The notes beneath the pieces were generated by a model. The model did not search any database, was not told where the DNA came from, and saw nothing but the letters and a program-made list of their open reading frames with translations. This document shows, one piece after another, positions 26,112-36,285 of a stretch of 64,000 nt of DNA. The stretch is taken from contig JAUSEW010000027.1 of the NCBI GenBank assembly GCA_030651475.1, positions 109,614 through 173,613 on the forward strand, written 5' to 3'. This DNA is from Candidatus Levyibacteriota bacterium (GTDB lineage: Bacteria > Patescibacteriota > Microgenomatia > Levybacterales > UBA12049). Both the position numbers and the translations under genes were made by a program. Each line of letters begins with the position of its first letter. Within the stretch, counting starts at the first letter, position 1.

Positions 26112-27241
26112 AGGTTGTAGTAATAGGCGGACATTTGTCGCCGGCTTTATCCGTAATAGAAAAACTTCCAAAAACGGATAGGGTTCTTTTTATCGGAAGA
26201 AAATATGTTTTTGAAGGAGACAAAGCGTTGTCTTTGGAGTATAAAACTATTCAATCTCTTAAAATTCCTTTTGTTAATCTTACTACGGGAAGATTTCAGC
26301 GTAAATTTACAGAATACACAATTCCTTCTTTGTTAAAACTGCCGTATGGTTTTATGCAAGCAATATTTGCTCTTATAAAATTTCAGCCGGATGTGGTCTT
26401 AAGCTTTGGCGGATACTTATCTTTTCCGGTTGTTCTTTCGGCATTCTTATTAAGAATTCCTATTGTTATTCATGAGCAGACTTTAGAAGCAGGTCTTGCA
26501 AATAAAATACTTTCCATCTTCGCAAGCAAGATTTGTATCTCATGGGAAACCTCTAGAAAATTTTTTCCTAAAGACAAAGTTGTGCTTACGGGAAACCCGG
26601 TGCGTCAATTTTCAATTTTCAATTTTTCCCGCGCGACGGGATCCCGATTCGCGGGACAATTTTCAATTCCCGAAAATGGATTTCCGATTATTTATATTAC
26701 CGGGGGAAGTTCGGGATCGCATTTTATTAATACTCTGATTGAAAGCAACTTAACGAAAATTTTAGAAAAATTTAATATTATTCACCAGACAGGCGAAAGT
26801 TTCAAGTACGAAGATTTTAATAGGCTGGAAAAAATTAAAGCGTTGTTACCGAACGAATTGCAATCAAGGTATACATTAACTACATTTATTGACCCGTCAC
26901 TAGTTGGGGGTATTTTAAAAAAAGCGGATATTGTAATTAGCAGATCCGGTATGAATACAGTAACGGAACTTATTTTTTTTGGCGTTCCTTCTCTTTTAAT
27001 TCCGCTGCCTTTTTCCCAAAGACAAGAGCAGCTAAAAAATGCATTATTCCTTAGGACAAAAGGGTGCGCGGAAATATTTGAGCAAAAAGATGATAGAAAC
27101 ATTTTTCTCTCAAAATTATTTGATATGTTTGAGAATATAAATAAGTATAAGGAAAATTTGCGGAAAATTTCTTCACTTACGAATATTGATGCTGCCAAGA
27201 AAATAATTGATGTTTTGGAATATGCCAAAAAGAAGAAATAA
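26108..27241 (+). CDS. murG: MurG GlcNAc transferase
   Basis: GGH.SPA, FGGY.S.P, HEQT..GLANK, TGNPVR, TGGSSGS, SRSG.NT..E, EQ.KNA. Confidence 0.95.
   Translation: MKVVVIGGHLSPALSVIEKLPKTDRVLFIGRKYVFEGDKALSLEYKTIQSLKIPFVNLTTGRFQRKFTEYTIPSLLKLPYGFMQAIFALIKFQPDVVLSFGGYLSFPVVLSAFLLRIPIVIHEQTLEAGLANKILSIFASKICISWETSRKFFPKDKVVLTGNPVRQFSIFNFSRATGSRFAGQFSIPENGFPIIYITGGSSGSHFINTLIESNLTKILEKFNIIHQTGESFKYEDFNRLEKIKALLPNELQSRYTLTTFIDPSLVGGILKKADIVISRSGMNTVTELIFFGVPSLLIPLPFSQRQEQLKNALFLRTKGCAEIFEQKDDRNIFLSKLFDMFENINKYKENLRKISSLTNIDAAKKIIDVLEYAKKKK
26605..26668 (+). repeat. TCAATTT heptamer array with a 30-bp palindrome inserted (26627-26656), in frame in murG
   Basis: (tcaattt)x3, t, [TCCCGCG-cga-CGGGATCCCG-att-CGCGGGA], caattt-tcaatt; peptide QFSIFNFSRATGSRFAGQFSI. 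Confidence 0.92.
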
Positions 27242-27602
27242 GAATTTATTTCCTGTTCTTATTCCTATTAGCATGATAGCAATATTAATTTGCGGATTTT
27301 TGTATATTTATCTTTTCAAAAAACCAATAATAATAAGCCCTATCGGTACGAAGAATAGCGTATCAAGTGAAATAGTACGAAAATTACTTTTGGAAGCAAA
27401 AATTCCATTTTCCGAAATTTCAATTGCCACAGACTCTTCTTATTTGGTAAGACTTAACGACGGAAGTGAGGTGTTTTTGTCTCCGAAAGACACAAGCTTA
27501 AGAATACAGTCTTTACAAGCCCTACTAAAACAGTTTACAATAGAAGGGCAAAAATTTAAACGCGTAGATTTTAGGTTCGAGAAACCGACAATTATATTTT
27601 AG
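27222..27602 (+). CDS. Minimal FtsQ/DivIB-like protein
   Basis: TM helix; C-terminal VDFRFEKP resembles the FtsQ IDLR...; sits between murG and ftsA. Confidence 0.65.
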   Translation: MPKRRNKNLFPVLIPISMIAILICGFLYIYLFKKPIIISPIGTKNSVSSEIVRKLLLEAKIPFSEISIATDSSYLVRLNDGSEVFLSPKDTSLRIQSLQALLKQFTIEGQKFKRVDFRFEKPTIIF

Positions 27603-27604
27603 AT

Positions 27605-28897
27605 ATGACAGACGGAAAAATCGTAGTAGGAGTTGATATTGGTTCCTCAAAAATAGTTACTCTAATAACAAGAGTTGACGAAGAAGCAGTAAATGTAATG
27701 GGCGTTTCTGAAGTTCAGTCAAACGGCGTTAAAAAAGGTCAAATCGTAGACATCAAGGCTGCAGTAGAATGCATCAATAATTCTTTGGATAGCGCAGAGA
27801 GAATGGCAGGATCTTCGGTGTCTCACATAGTTGCTTCAATTGGAGGGAATCACATTGAATCTTTGAACTCAAAAGGCGTAGTGGCTGTTTCCATGCCTGA
27901 CCAAGAAATAACGCAGGGAGATATGCTAAGAGTGATTGATGCTGCAAAAGCAGTCTCACTGCCCTCTACTCGAGAAATAATCCATGTTCTGCCGAGAGCC
28001 TATACGGTAGACGGTCAGGAAGGAATAAAAGATCCAATTGGTATGACAGGAGTAAGGCTTGAAGTTGACACTCATATTATTTCCGCAAACGGAATTTCCC
28101 TAAGAAATTTGGAAAAAGCTTTTTCGGAAGTTGGAATTGATGTTGACGCGGTGGTTTTCAGCGGTTACGCTTCAAGTCTTGCGGTTTTGTCTGACACAGA
28201 AAAAGAACTTGGTGTCGTAATGGTTGATATCGGAGCGGGAACGACTGATATATCAATATACATAGAGGGGTCGGTTGCGTTTTCTTCGGTTTTGCCAATT
28301 GGAGCAAAACATATTACGAATGATTTGGCAATAGGACTAAGAATTTCGCTGGAGAGCGCTGAAAAAATAAAATTATTCCTATCGTCTCCTTCCGAAAACC
28401 CAATAAAAATTGACGATTTGGGAGAAATGCAGTCGATAGGAAGAAAGAATCCTGACGAAATAGACTTAAATTCCCTAAATCTTCCCGAAGATCTTAGGAA
28501 AGTTTCACAAAAAACTTTGATAGACGGAATAATCAGACCAAGGCTTAATGAGCTTTTTACTATGGTAGGACTTGAGCTTAAAAGAAGCGGATACGGCGGT
28601 CAGACTCCTTCGGGTTTGGTAGTGACAGGCGGAGGCGCAAGGACAATTGGGATTGCAATTTCCGCAAAAAGAACTTTGGCAATGCCTGTAAGAATCGGAA
28701 TACCGATGAAGATAAAAGGACTTATAGATGAAATACAGGATACTCCTTTTTCAACGGTTGTTGGCCTGGCTATGTATGGCGCTACAATGGAAGAGAATGA
28801 GTCATTGCCTTTCGGAATTAATCTGCATCTTCCGAACATAAAATTTTCGGGATTATTATCTAAGGCAGTTGGATTTGTCAAATCCTTCATGCCCTAG
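27605..28897 (+). CDS. ftsA: Cell division protein FtsA
   Basis: GVDIGSSKI, DPIGM.GVRLEVD.H, VDIGAGTTD, HITNDLAIGL, TGGGA. Confidence 0.97.
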   Translation: MTDGKIVVGVDIGSSKIVTLITRVDEEAVNVMGVSEVQSNGVKKGQIVDIKAAVECINNSLDSAERMAGSSVSHIVASIGGNHIESLNSKGVVAVSMPDQEITQGDMLRVIDAAKAVSLPSTREIIHVLPRAYTVDGQEGIKDPIGMTGVRLEVDTHIISANGISLRNLEKAFSEVGIDVDAVVFSGYASSLAVLSDTEKELGVVMVDIGAGTTDISIYIEGSVAFSSVLPIGAKHITNDLAIGLRISLESAEKIKLFLSSPSENPIKIDDLGEMQSIGRKNPDEIDLNSLNLPEDLRKVSQKTLIDGIIRPRLNELFTMVGLELKRSGYGGQTPSGLVVTGGGARTIGIAISAKRTLAMPVRIGIPMKIKGLIDEIQDTPFSTVVGLAMYGATMEENESLPFGINLHLPNIKFSGLLSKAVGFVKSFMP

Positions 28898-28940
28898 GTG
28901 TTGCAAAAACAATTTTGATGTGTTAGTATTTTGTTGATTT

Positions 28941-30044
28941 ATGTTGATAAAGCCGCAAACAGCAAATTTCGCGAAGATAAGAGTTATGGGAATTGGCGGA
29001 GGTGGAGTAAACGCTTTAAATTCCATGATCTCCCAATCCCAGATACAAGGAGTAGATTTTGTTGCGGTTAATACGGATGCCCAAGCGCTTCTTCTTGCTC
29101 AAGCGGCGACAAAACTTCAAATAGGAGAAAATCTTACCAAAGGATTAGGCAGCGGAGGAAATCCTGAAGTAGGAAGACAGGCGGCGGAAGAATCTTACGA
29201 GAAAATAAAAGAGATGATAGACGGATCGGATATGATTTTCTTGGCAGCCGGAATGGGCGGAGGAACAGGGACAGGAGCAACACCTATCATTGCCAAAGCA
29301 GCCAAAGAAGTTGGAGCTTTGACAGTAGCGGTAGCAACCAAACCATTTTTATTTGAAGGAACGCGCAGGATGGTAGCGGCAGAAGAAGGATTGGAAGAAT
29401 TAAAAGATAAAGTAGATACCCTTATTGTTATTCCCAATCAAAGAATATTGGACGTAGTTGACAGAAAATTAACGCTTCTTGAGGCATTTAGGGTGGCAGA
29501 TTCTGTTCTAACCCAAGGAGTTCAGGGAATTTCAGACCTTATAACAATTCCAGGACTTATCAATGTAGATTTTGCTGATGTGAAGGCGATAATGTCTTCT
29601 GCTGGTTCAGCTCTTATGGGTATTGGGACAGGGGTTGGCGAGAACAGAGCGCAGACTGCGGCAAGAATGGCAATTGCATCTCCGCTTCTGGAAATTACTA
29701 TGGAGGGAGCAAGGGGAGTTCTTTTTAATATAACCGGCGGACCTGATCTTACAATGAGCGAGGTTGATGAAGCAGCCAAAATTATTTCTTCATCGGCTGA
29801 TCCGGATGCAAATATTATTTTCGGAGCAACTATTGACGAAACGATGCATGATCAGATAAGAATCACTGTTGTTGCAACCGGTTTTGACCAGACTCGTCAG
29901 ACTCTTAAAGAATTTGTGAGCCCAAGGCCTGCAAATAAAGAAACTCTAAAAATGGAAACTCCCAAACCCGAAGTAGAAAAAGAACCGGAAAATAAAGAAG
30001 ACGAAATTTGGGACATTCCCGCCTTCCTTCGCCAACGAAATTAG
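28941..30044 (+). CDS. ftsZ: Cell division protein FtsZ
   Basis: [23 protein letters not shown] tubulin signature, INVDFADV, C-terminal DIPAFLR. Confidence 0.99.
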   Translation: MLIKPQTANFAKIRVMGIGGGGVNALNSMISQSQIQGVDFVAVNTDAQALLLAQAATKLQIGENLTKGLGSGGNPEVGRQAAEESYEKIKEMIDGSDMIFLAAGMGGGTGTGATPIIAKAAKEVGALTVAVATKPFLFEGTRRMVAAEEGLEELKDKVDTLIVIPNQRILDVVDRKLTLLEAFRVADSVLTQGVQGISDLITIPGLINVDFADVKAIMSSAGSALMGIGTGVGENRAQTAARMAIASPLLEITMEGARGVLFNITGGPDLTMSEVDEAAKIISSSADPDANIIFGATIDETMHDQIRITVVATGFDQTRQTLKEFVSPRPANKETLKMETPKPEVEKEPENKEDEIWDIPAFLRQRN

Positions 30045-30091
30045 CGAAGTTCGGCGAGGCAAGCCCGCATTTCTAAGGCAGAGGAATTAAT

Positions 30092-30304
30092 ATGGGAAAA
30101 GAAAATCGCACAGACTCTCCAGCTCAAATTATAAATGCGTTTAAAAAAGCGGGAATTAAATGTACGCGAATAACAATTAATCTTAATCCTCAAGGAAAAA
30201 AAGATGTAAGAGATTATGTAATGCGAATTGAAGAGGCTCATAGGAAAGCAGCAGAAAGCGAACTCATTTTTCCTAGCTATTTAGTTTCAAATTCCCAGCC
30301 TTAA
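30092..30304 (+). CDS. Small hypothetical protein
   Basis: 70-aa ORF with GAGG upstream; no known motif. Confidence 0.45.
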   Translation: MGKENRTDSPAQIINAFKKAGIKCTRITINLNPQGKKDVRDYVMRIEEAHRKAAESELIFPSYLVSNSQP

Positions 30305-30452
30305 AATTCCCAATCCATTATTTTAATCGGCCGCTTTTTAATAAATTAGCTTCAGAAGAAAACCTATCTTATAAATTCTCACCTTCTCTTCTTTAATGCC
30401 AGCAATTGGGCTAATTTGTTTGTTTATCGTGATATGAAGTGCTAGAATCTGT

Positions 30453-31139
30453 ATGGATATGCCAGAAGTAATTAACAGACCACAGCAAGAATTACTTATT
30501 GCTGAAAGATTGAAAGCTCAATGGAGTACGCTTGTCAAATCAGCTGGAGGTAAATTATCTTTGCTAGATAGTGAATTTTCAAAAATGGTTCGGGAATACC
30601 AATCCGGAGGGAGGGTTTATCATAACCTTTTCCATATAGGGAAAGTTGATGAAGTACTCAATAGATATCGCCATCTTGCTCGCAATTTTGTTGCTCTAAA
30701 ATTTGCAGGAGACGGGCATGATGTAATTTATATTCCTGGTTCTAAAACGAATGAAGAAGATAGCGCTAGCCATATAAGAGGGGTGATGACTAAATTGGGA
30801 ATGCCAGCTTCTATAGTTACGGAAACAGAAAGAATAATTCTTATAACAAAAGATCATAAAACTACAGATGACGATATTGACGGAAAACTTATGATAGATG
30901 CAGATTTTGTGATTTTCGCTTCTCCCGAAGTGGAATATGATGCATATGCGAGAGGAATTTGGCAAGAATATGTAGATTCTGGAAAAGTTTCAAAAGATGC
31001 GTTTAGAGAGGGACGAGAGAAGCTTGTTAGGAATTGGCTTAAAAGAGATAGACTATTTTTGATAGACGAAATCCAAAAAGAGTCTGGGTTTTTAGCGAGA
31101 AAAAATCTCGAAAGAGAGCTTATACTTCTTACTTCTTAA
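30453..31139 (+). CDS. HD-superfamily metal-dependent phosphohydrolase-like protein (COG4339-like)
   Basis: RVYHNLFHI, HDVIY, NEEDSA, T.DH, IDAD, Y...I..EY, AR.NL.RE. Confidence 0.8.
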   Translation: MDMPEVINRPQQELLIAERLKAQWSTLVKSAGGKLSLLDSEFSKMVREYQSGGRVYHNLFHIGKVDEVLNRYRHLARNFVALKFAGDGHDVIYIPGSKTNEEDSASHIRGVMTKLGMPASIVTETERIILITKDHKTTDDDIDGKLMIDADFVIFASPEVEYDAYARGIWQEYVDSGKVSKDAFREGREKLVRNWLKRDRLFLIDEIQKESGFLARKNLERELILLTS

Positions 31140-31193
31140 TCGTCATAAGTTTTTTAATCGTCATTTTTAAGAAATTAGCGTTGAGTTATAACT

Positions 31194-31712
31194 TTATTTT
31201 ACTTCGTAAGAGTGAACTTTTACAGGTATCCCTTTTGTTTTTGCCTTGTCTATGGTGTCTTGGACTGCAGGGCTATTATTTACCTGAAAAGCTACTAATT
31301 CATCAGAAGCATTCACGATTTCGGAGTTTCTTTCAAAGTAAGTTTTTTCATTAACTTCTGTATTTGTCGGATTTTCTATCAACCCATGTGGGTTTAGATT
31401 TTTGAGCGTAATGAGTTGTGAAATTAAATCTTCTGCTTGTTGTTCTGTTATAGCTTTTTCCTGTGCCCTTTTACGATAGTGGGTAGCATAAATGTCAAGA
31501 GTGGTGGGAAGAAAAACTTTTATTTGTTGGTGTCGATTTAGCTTTAAAACTTCATCCGTTGCTTGATAATCTACATTTAGGGCTCCTCCCGATATAATGC
31601 CAGCTCCTTCAAGGATGATGTGCCTTACAGTTTCCCTGACATCTTGTTCTATCTCTGGAGTTGTTGTTCTCCAGCTTCCGCTTATTCCAATCCATCTATT
31701 AACACCAGCCAT
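31194..31712 (-). CDS. SLOG/DprA-like Rossmann-fold protein
   Basis: IGISGS.R, IISGGALNVD, RN..IV.ASD.LVAF, .S....TI.KA..KGIPV. Confidence 0.7.
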   Translation of the reverse strand: MAGVNRWIGISGSWRTTTPEIEQDVRETVRHIILEGAGIISGGALNVDYQATDEVLKLNRHQQIKVFLPTTLDIYATHYRKRAQEKAITEQQAEDLISQLITLKNLNPHGLIENPTNTEVNEKTYFERNSEIVNASDELVAFQVNNSPAVQDTIDKAKTKGIPVKVHSYEVK

Positions 31713-31825
31713 ATATAAATTATATCAAAAAGCTGTTAACTTTGTTCTGTATTGTTGTTAAATTCTCCTTGAAGATTTTAAAATGTAATTTTTTAATTGG
31801 GCGATCTTTTAGGCAGATATATTTA

Positions 31826-32887
31826 CTATTGCTTCAGCTTTTTCAACAAAGAGTCGTCTTCGCCAGTGTCAGATTCGGGGAATATTAAAGGGTGTTCTTT
31901 ATCAAATATTCCCAAAGAACTTTTTTTCCTAATTCTAAAATGCCGGTAAAAAGCTAGACCCAAAATAGCAAGAATAATTATTGCTCCTATGGCAATTATT
32001 CTAATTTTTGTTTCATTTAAAGATTTTACAAGCGGTTTACTTTTGGCAGGAATTGCAGTTGGTAAAACAAGAGTGGAGACTTGAGTCGGAGCGGCGGAAA
32101 CAGTACTTGCAATTGTAGGCGAGAGCTGAAAAGCGATTGTCGGAGTTGGAGTAGAAACAGTAATGGTTTTTATTTTTGTTAATGTTGTTGCGGATAACTC
32201 ATTGGAATTGTTTCCGGGCATGCAGCCGTTTACGGCTTTAATTATAAAATAATATTTTGTGTTGGGAGATAGAGAATCGATAGTAAAAGCGGTCGTGTCG
32301 CGTCCTCCTATGCGCGGATTCCCATATTGATATTGTCCTGAAGACACGCCATAAGCAACCAGGTAATGCGAAACAGGATCCAAAGATTTAGTCCAGGTCA
32401 GCATAATTTGAGTATTCCCGATTGTTTTAGCAGAAGTTAGTTGGGGAGTACTGCCTGGTGAAGGATTTGTGCAGGTAGATTGTACGCCCGAGGTTGGATT
32501 AAAAACTACCGTTCCGAGTCCATTGAAAGGAGTGTTGGTTGTAGTGTCTATAATATCAAGGCTGTAGGTTCCGGGATAGAGGGATGTAATTGTAAAAGTG
32601 GCACGACCTGCACCATCAGTGGTAGTGGATGTCGGGATTATTACTGCGGAACCGTCATTGGGGTCTTTTAGGGTTACAGTGTCTTCTACTACCGGATTTC
32701 CCGATGTATCTTTCAAAATTACGGTTACAGTAACTTTGGTTTGTCCGTCTGCCGGTACTGCCGAACTTACGCTTAGGCTGGAATGGGCAAGATCAGGAGG
32801 GGCTTTGGCAAATACAGGAGTAGCGAAAGAAAAACAAAGAACTAAGAGTACAAGAGCAGACAATAAATTTATTATTGTTTTTGGCAT
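31826..32887 (-). CDS. Cell-surface protein with invasin/Big_1 Ig-like and fibronectin type III domains and a C-terminal TM anchor
   Basis: Signal peptide; ADG...TVTV.LKD.SGNPV, TTDGAGRATF; L.W.....YLVAYG...L.P.TKYYF.IKAVN; Pro/Thr stalk; TM helix. Confidence 0.85.
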   Translation of the reverse strand: MPKTIINLLSALVLLVLCFSFATPVFAKAPPDLAHSSLSVSSAVPADGQTKVTVTVILKDTSGNPVVEDTVTLKDPNDGSAVIIPTSTTTDGAGRATFTITSLYPGTYSLDIIDTTTNTPFNGLGTVVFNPTSGVQSTCTNPSPGSTPQLTSAKTIGNTQIMLTWTKSLDPVSHYLVAYGVSSGQYQYGNPRIGGRDTTAFTIDSLSPNTKYYFIIKAVNGCMPGNNSNELSATTLTKIKTITVSTPTPTIAFQLSPTIASTVSAAPTQVSTLVLPTAIPAKSKPLVKSLNETKIRIIAIGAIIILAILGLAFYRHFRIRKKSSLGIFDKEHPLIFPESDTGEDDSLLKKLKQ

Positions 32888-32986
32888 AACAATTATATTC
32901 TACCTTATTTTTCTTAAGGGTTTAAGAAAAGAAGCTTTTCAATCAGGTGGTTTTTAAAAGTAGCTTTAAAAGTAGAGATGATTTAG

Positions 32987-34744
32987 TTATTTTCTTTGAT
33001 AATCTATTATAAATGTCTCGCAGAATTGTTTTTTTGTTAATTTCTCTACCGAAAAATCCTGCACGGTCAAATGAGAAATATATGGTTTCAATTCGTAAGG
33101 GGAGCAGAGGACATCTTGGTAAATAGAGTAGATGGTACCGGAATCGGATAGTTGTGCAATAGTCAGCAGTTGATTGCTGTCTTTAAAAAGTTGGCAATTT
33201 CCTGCTCCCGGGTCAAAAATGTAGGTAGTATTTTTATCAAGAGTTTTTGTGTCGGTACAAGTACGAAATGAGGCAAACTCAAAGGCGTAAGTGTGGCGCA
33301 AAAAGTCATTACGGAAATGCGAAGCTGTTTCTCTATTATAGCTGTTAGAATAAAAAATAAAATCTTTATACAATATTTTTGGTGCTTCTACGACTACGGT
33401 AATAGGTTTTTTTTCTTCATTAGCTAAGGCAACATAGCGGGCAACCACACGAGCACTAAATGCTGTGCCTTCCGAAGCGTAGATTGGTTGGATAAAGAAA
33501 TAAGTATAGAGAAAATTTCCGACAAATATCGTATATATGCCGGCAATAATGATTGTTCCTGGAATAAGAATATTCCCCTTCTTTAAAAGCATAAGCGAAT
33601 ACCAGATACCTGTGCCGATAATAATATGAAAAAAAGGAATATATAAAGACGCGCGCATAGCATATGATGTCTCTACACTGCTAATTATGGAGGGAAGCGG
33701 CGCCAGTAACAGTATCAGGATGAGGAATAGCCACAGTTTTCTTTTATAGGCAAATAAATAGCAAAATCCCAAGATAAAAAAGAGAAGGTCGGCATAATAA
33801 AAGTATCCATGATTGTAAATATGAAAGCGCAAAGTTTTTTCGTTATCAATAAATAAATTCTGTAAAGAGAACGCACCGTAATATTTAGCAATACTATCCT
33901 TTAATATGGCCACCGCTTTGTTGGATACTATTTCTTTAAACGGATTTTGTATAGCGAGCTGCCGTTCGGTATTCACCTGTTTATTAATAGCTGCGGAAGA
34001 GACAAATGATAGCTCTCCAAGCCTGTTTGCGGTATTTTGATATTTTAGGGCAAAAAGAAATCCTGCTAGTAACGCAATGCATGCAAGAAATAAAACAACA
34101 TATTGTTTGGTATATTTCCTATTGTGTATTTGACTCCAAGTATAAAGAGATATGATAAATAGATAAGGCAGGAGGAGAATTTTGTACGCCATGTATGTAT
34201 AAAAACCAAGAGCAAGCGGTATAAATGTCCATAATATTTTCCATCGTGTTGTCTTTAACAAAATAAAAAAGCCAAACGTATAGAAGAACACTGCTAATGA
34301 TGCTTCGAATGCAGATCTTCCAAAAAATATATTCCATGGACTAAAACAGGCGACAAGCCCCACCAGAAAAGCCGGACCTTTTCCCAGTAGCCGTAAGACG
34401 ATAAAAAATAAAATAACGACTAAGAAAGAATTTATAATGGCGTGAAATATATGAGCAGAAAAAAGCGATGACGGAAGTATTCCTAGTATCGGCGCCATCA
34501 GCGTGTAGGGAATTTCCGCTTGCGCCGGTTCATCGGGAATAGGAGCAAATGAGAGGGGATTCCATTGTCCGCTTACATCATGGCCAGTAAGAAACACAGC
34601 GCGCGCGTTCAGCACAAAAATCATATTGTCATTGACAATGCCAACTGGGAATTTGTCTAGCCAGAATGTCCTAAAAAAGAGAGCGATGAAGAACAAGAGG
34701 ATAGCGAGGAAGACCGGTTTACAGATGAAAGCTTTATACGACAT
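32987..34744 (-). CDS. GT-C fold membrane glycosyltransferase (ArnT/PMT family 39-like)
   Basis: Multi-TM; R...LDKFP.G...D, SPW.IFFGR.AFEA; divergent from a GT2 gene. Confidence 0.7.
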   Translation of the reverse strand: MSYKAFICKPVFLAILLFFIALFFRTFWLDKFPVGIVNDNMIFVLNARAVFLTGHDVSGQWNPLSFAPIPDEPAQAEIPYTLMAPILGILPSSLFSAHIFHAIINSFLVVILFFIVLRLLGKGPAFLVGLVACFSPWNIFFGRSAFEASLAVFFYTFGFFILLKTTRWKILWTFIPLALGFYTYMAYKILLLPYLFIISLYTWSQIHNRKYTKQYVVLFLACIALLAGFLFALKYQNTANRLGELSFVSSAAINKQVNTERQLAIQNPFKEIVSNKAVAILKDSIAKYYGAFSLQNLFIDNEKTLRFHIYNHGYFYYADLLFFILGFCYLFAYKRKLWLFLILILLLAPLPSIISSVETSYAMRASLYIPFFHIIIGTGIWYSLMLLKKGNILIPGTIIIAGIYTIFVGNFLYTYFFIQPIYASEGTAFSARVVARYVALANEEKKPITVVVEAPKILYKDFIFYSNSYNRETASHFRNDFLRHTYAFEFASFRTCTDTKTLDKNTTYIFDPGAGNCQLFKDSNQLLTIAQLSDSGTIYSIYQDVLCSPYELKPYISHLTVQDFSVEKLTKKQFCETFIIDYQRK

Positions 34745-34811
34745 TGCAATTATTCTTTCAGATAATAAATTTAATGTCAACAGTGCATATTTATGCTAAA
34801 ATCAAATAAAG

Positions 34812-35537
34812 ATGAGAAAGAAAATAATTGTGGTTATGCCGGCATATAACGCTGAAAGGACACTTGCAGCTGTCTATAGAAAAATTCCTTCAGGTATAGT
34901 AGATAAAGTGATACTTACCGACGATGGCTCTTCCGATCAGACTGTGACGGTTGCCAAAAAATTAGGTATTGAAACAATCGTGCACGACAAAAATCTTGGT
35001 TACGGCGGTAATCAAAAAACGTGCTATATGGAAGCGTTAAAACTGGGAGTAGATTATATTATTATGCTGCATCCTGATGGGCAGTATGACGGAACGGATT
35101 TGCCTCTGTTCGTAGACGCTCTCTTAAAAGGACAATCGGATCTTGTTTTGGGATCGCGATTTTTAGGTAAACAACATAAAACACCATTTTATAAAGCTAT
35201 TTCCATTCAATTTTTGACAAAACTTTTTAATCTGGTACTTCGAACAGACTTGACGGAAGTAAATACAGGTTATAGAGGTTTTAGTAGGAAATTTTTAGAG
35301 ACTGTGCCATTTTCTGCCAATGGAAATGGCTATATTTTTGACCCGCAGATAATTATCCAAGCAGTATATTTTGGTTTTCGTATGCAGGAAGTACCCGTAA
35401 CAAAGGATTATTTTAAAGAAGCCAGTTCTCCGAATTTCAGTCAATCCGTCCGCCATGGCATAGAAAACATACAACTATTAATTCAGTATCTTCTCCATAG
35501 ATCTGGCATAAAAAAAGCAGATTTTTTAATTGGGTGA
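34812..35537 (+). CDS. GT2 polyprenol-phosphate glycosyltransferase (DPM1-like)
   Basis: VVMPAYN, DDGSSDQT, NLGYGGNQK, LHPDGQY, GSRFL, TGYR.FSR. Confidence 0.9.
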   Translation: MRKKIIVVMPAYNAERTLAAVYRKIPSGIVDKVILTDDGSSDQTVTVAKKLGIETIVHDKNLGYGGNQKTCYMEALKLGVDYIIMLHPDGQYDGTDLPLFVDALLKGQSDLVLGSRFLGKQHKTPFYKAISIQFLTKLFNLVLRTDLTEVNTGYRGFSRKFLETVPFSANGNGYIFDPQIIIQAVYFGFRMQEVPVTKDYFKEASSPNFSQSVRHGIENIQLLIQYLLHRSGIKKADFLIG

Positions 35538-35588
35538 TTTTGAGACAGGGGAATTAATTTACTCCGTTGCGAATTTTTTTGCTTTTTT

Positions 35589-36197
35589 CTAGGCAGAAAC
35601 ACTAAGCGGCTCACGGCCTTCTTCCCTAGAAAGTGTTACAGGAGAAGCTTTAGGAAAATATTTCATCCTGATTGGTGCTTCGCTTATACTAGAATTAGTA
35701 GATTGCGGTAAGCTTTCTAGGGATTTTTTAACGAGAGATAACAAATTCTTAGCCACGTCTATCTGTTCAGCAGTTGCTTTTTCTCCCAACGCGTTTTCGA
35801 TTCTTTCAGTTCCAATAAAAACTATAATTTTCTCTTTGCTTTGATTGGTACCACCAACAACCATACGTCGAATACTAAAACCTCTTGGCTCAATGTTGGA
35901 GTCTGGTCCTGGACATAACTCTTCCACAACCCGAAACAACATCTTCTCGCTTCCTATGCCTTTTTCTATGAGTGGAGTTGCCAAGCAAGTTACGTAGTCT
36001 AGCCTATATTTAGTATCTTCATCAGAATTTCCTGTTGTCTCTATTTTTCTTTGTTTCCCAAACTCCTTAATTACGTCGTGTGCTTCTCTGCGTAGCAGTT
36101 CTTCGCCATGTGGTATTTCGGCAGGAGACCCTTGTTTTTGTTCACTTGGTGGAGTTATTAACGAAAATACCTCTTCGTTTGGGAAATGTGCGTCCAT
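35589..36197 (-). CDS. Hypothetical protein
   Basis: 202-aa ORF; no recognisable motif. Confidence 0.6.
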   Translation of the reverse strand: MDAHFPNEEVFSLITPPSEQKQGSPAEIPHGEELLRREAHDVIKEFGKQRKIETTGNSDEDTKYRLDYVTCLATPLIEKGIGSEKMLFRVVEELCPGPDSNIEPRGFSIRRMVVGGTNQSKEKIIVFIGTERIENALGEKATAEQIDVAKNLLSLVKKSLESLPQSTNSSISEAPIRMKYFPKASPVTLSREEGREPLSVSA

Positions 36198-36285
36198 TAA
36201 TATTTTATATCAAAAGGTACGTATGTTGTCAAGCGATCGCAATAGTCCATTGACAAGGGTTTGGTAAAGCAGGACAATGTTATGT

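Noticed and set aside
8736-30044. Absence of murD, murF, murB and ddl from the dcw cluster as pathway loss
   Set aside because: They may lie elsewhere in the genome; this cannot be judged from one window.
30277-30430. Possible minus-strand kinase-like gene remnant (..KIMDWEF*GWEF..)
   Set aside because: Too short and stop-ridden to support without a homology search.
31136-31164. Direct repeat TTAATCGTCAT x2 between convergent genes
   Set aside because: Only 11 bp in AT-rich DNA, with no associated element.
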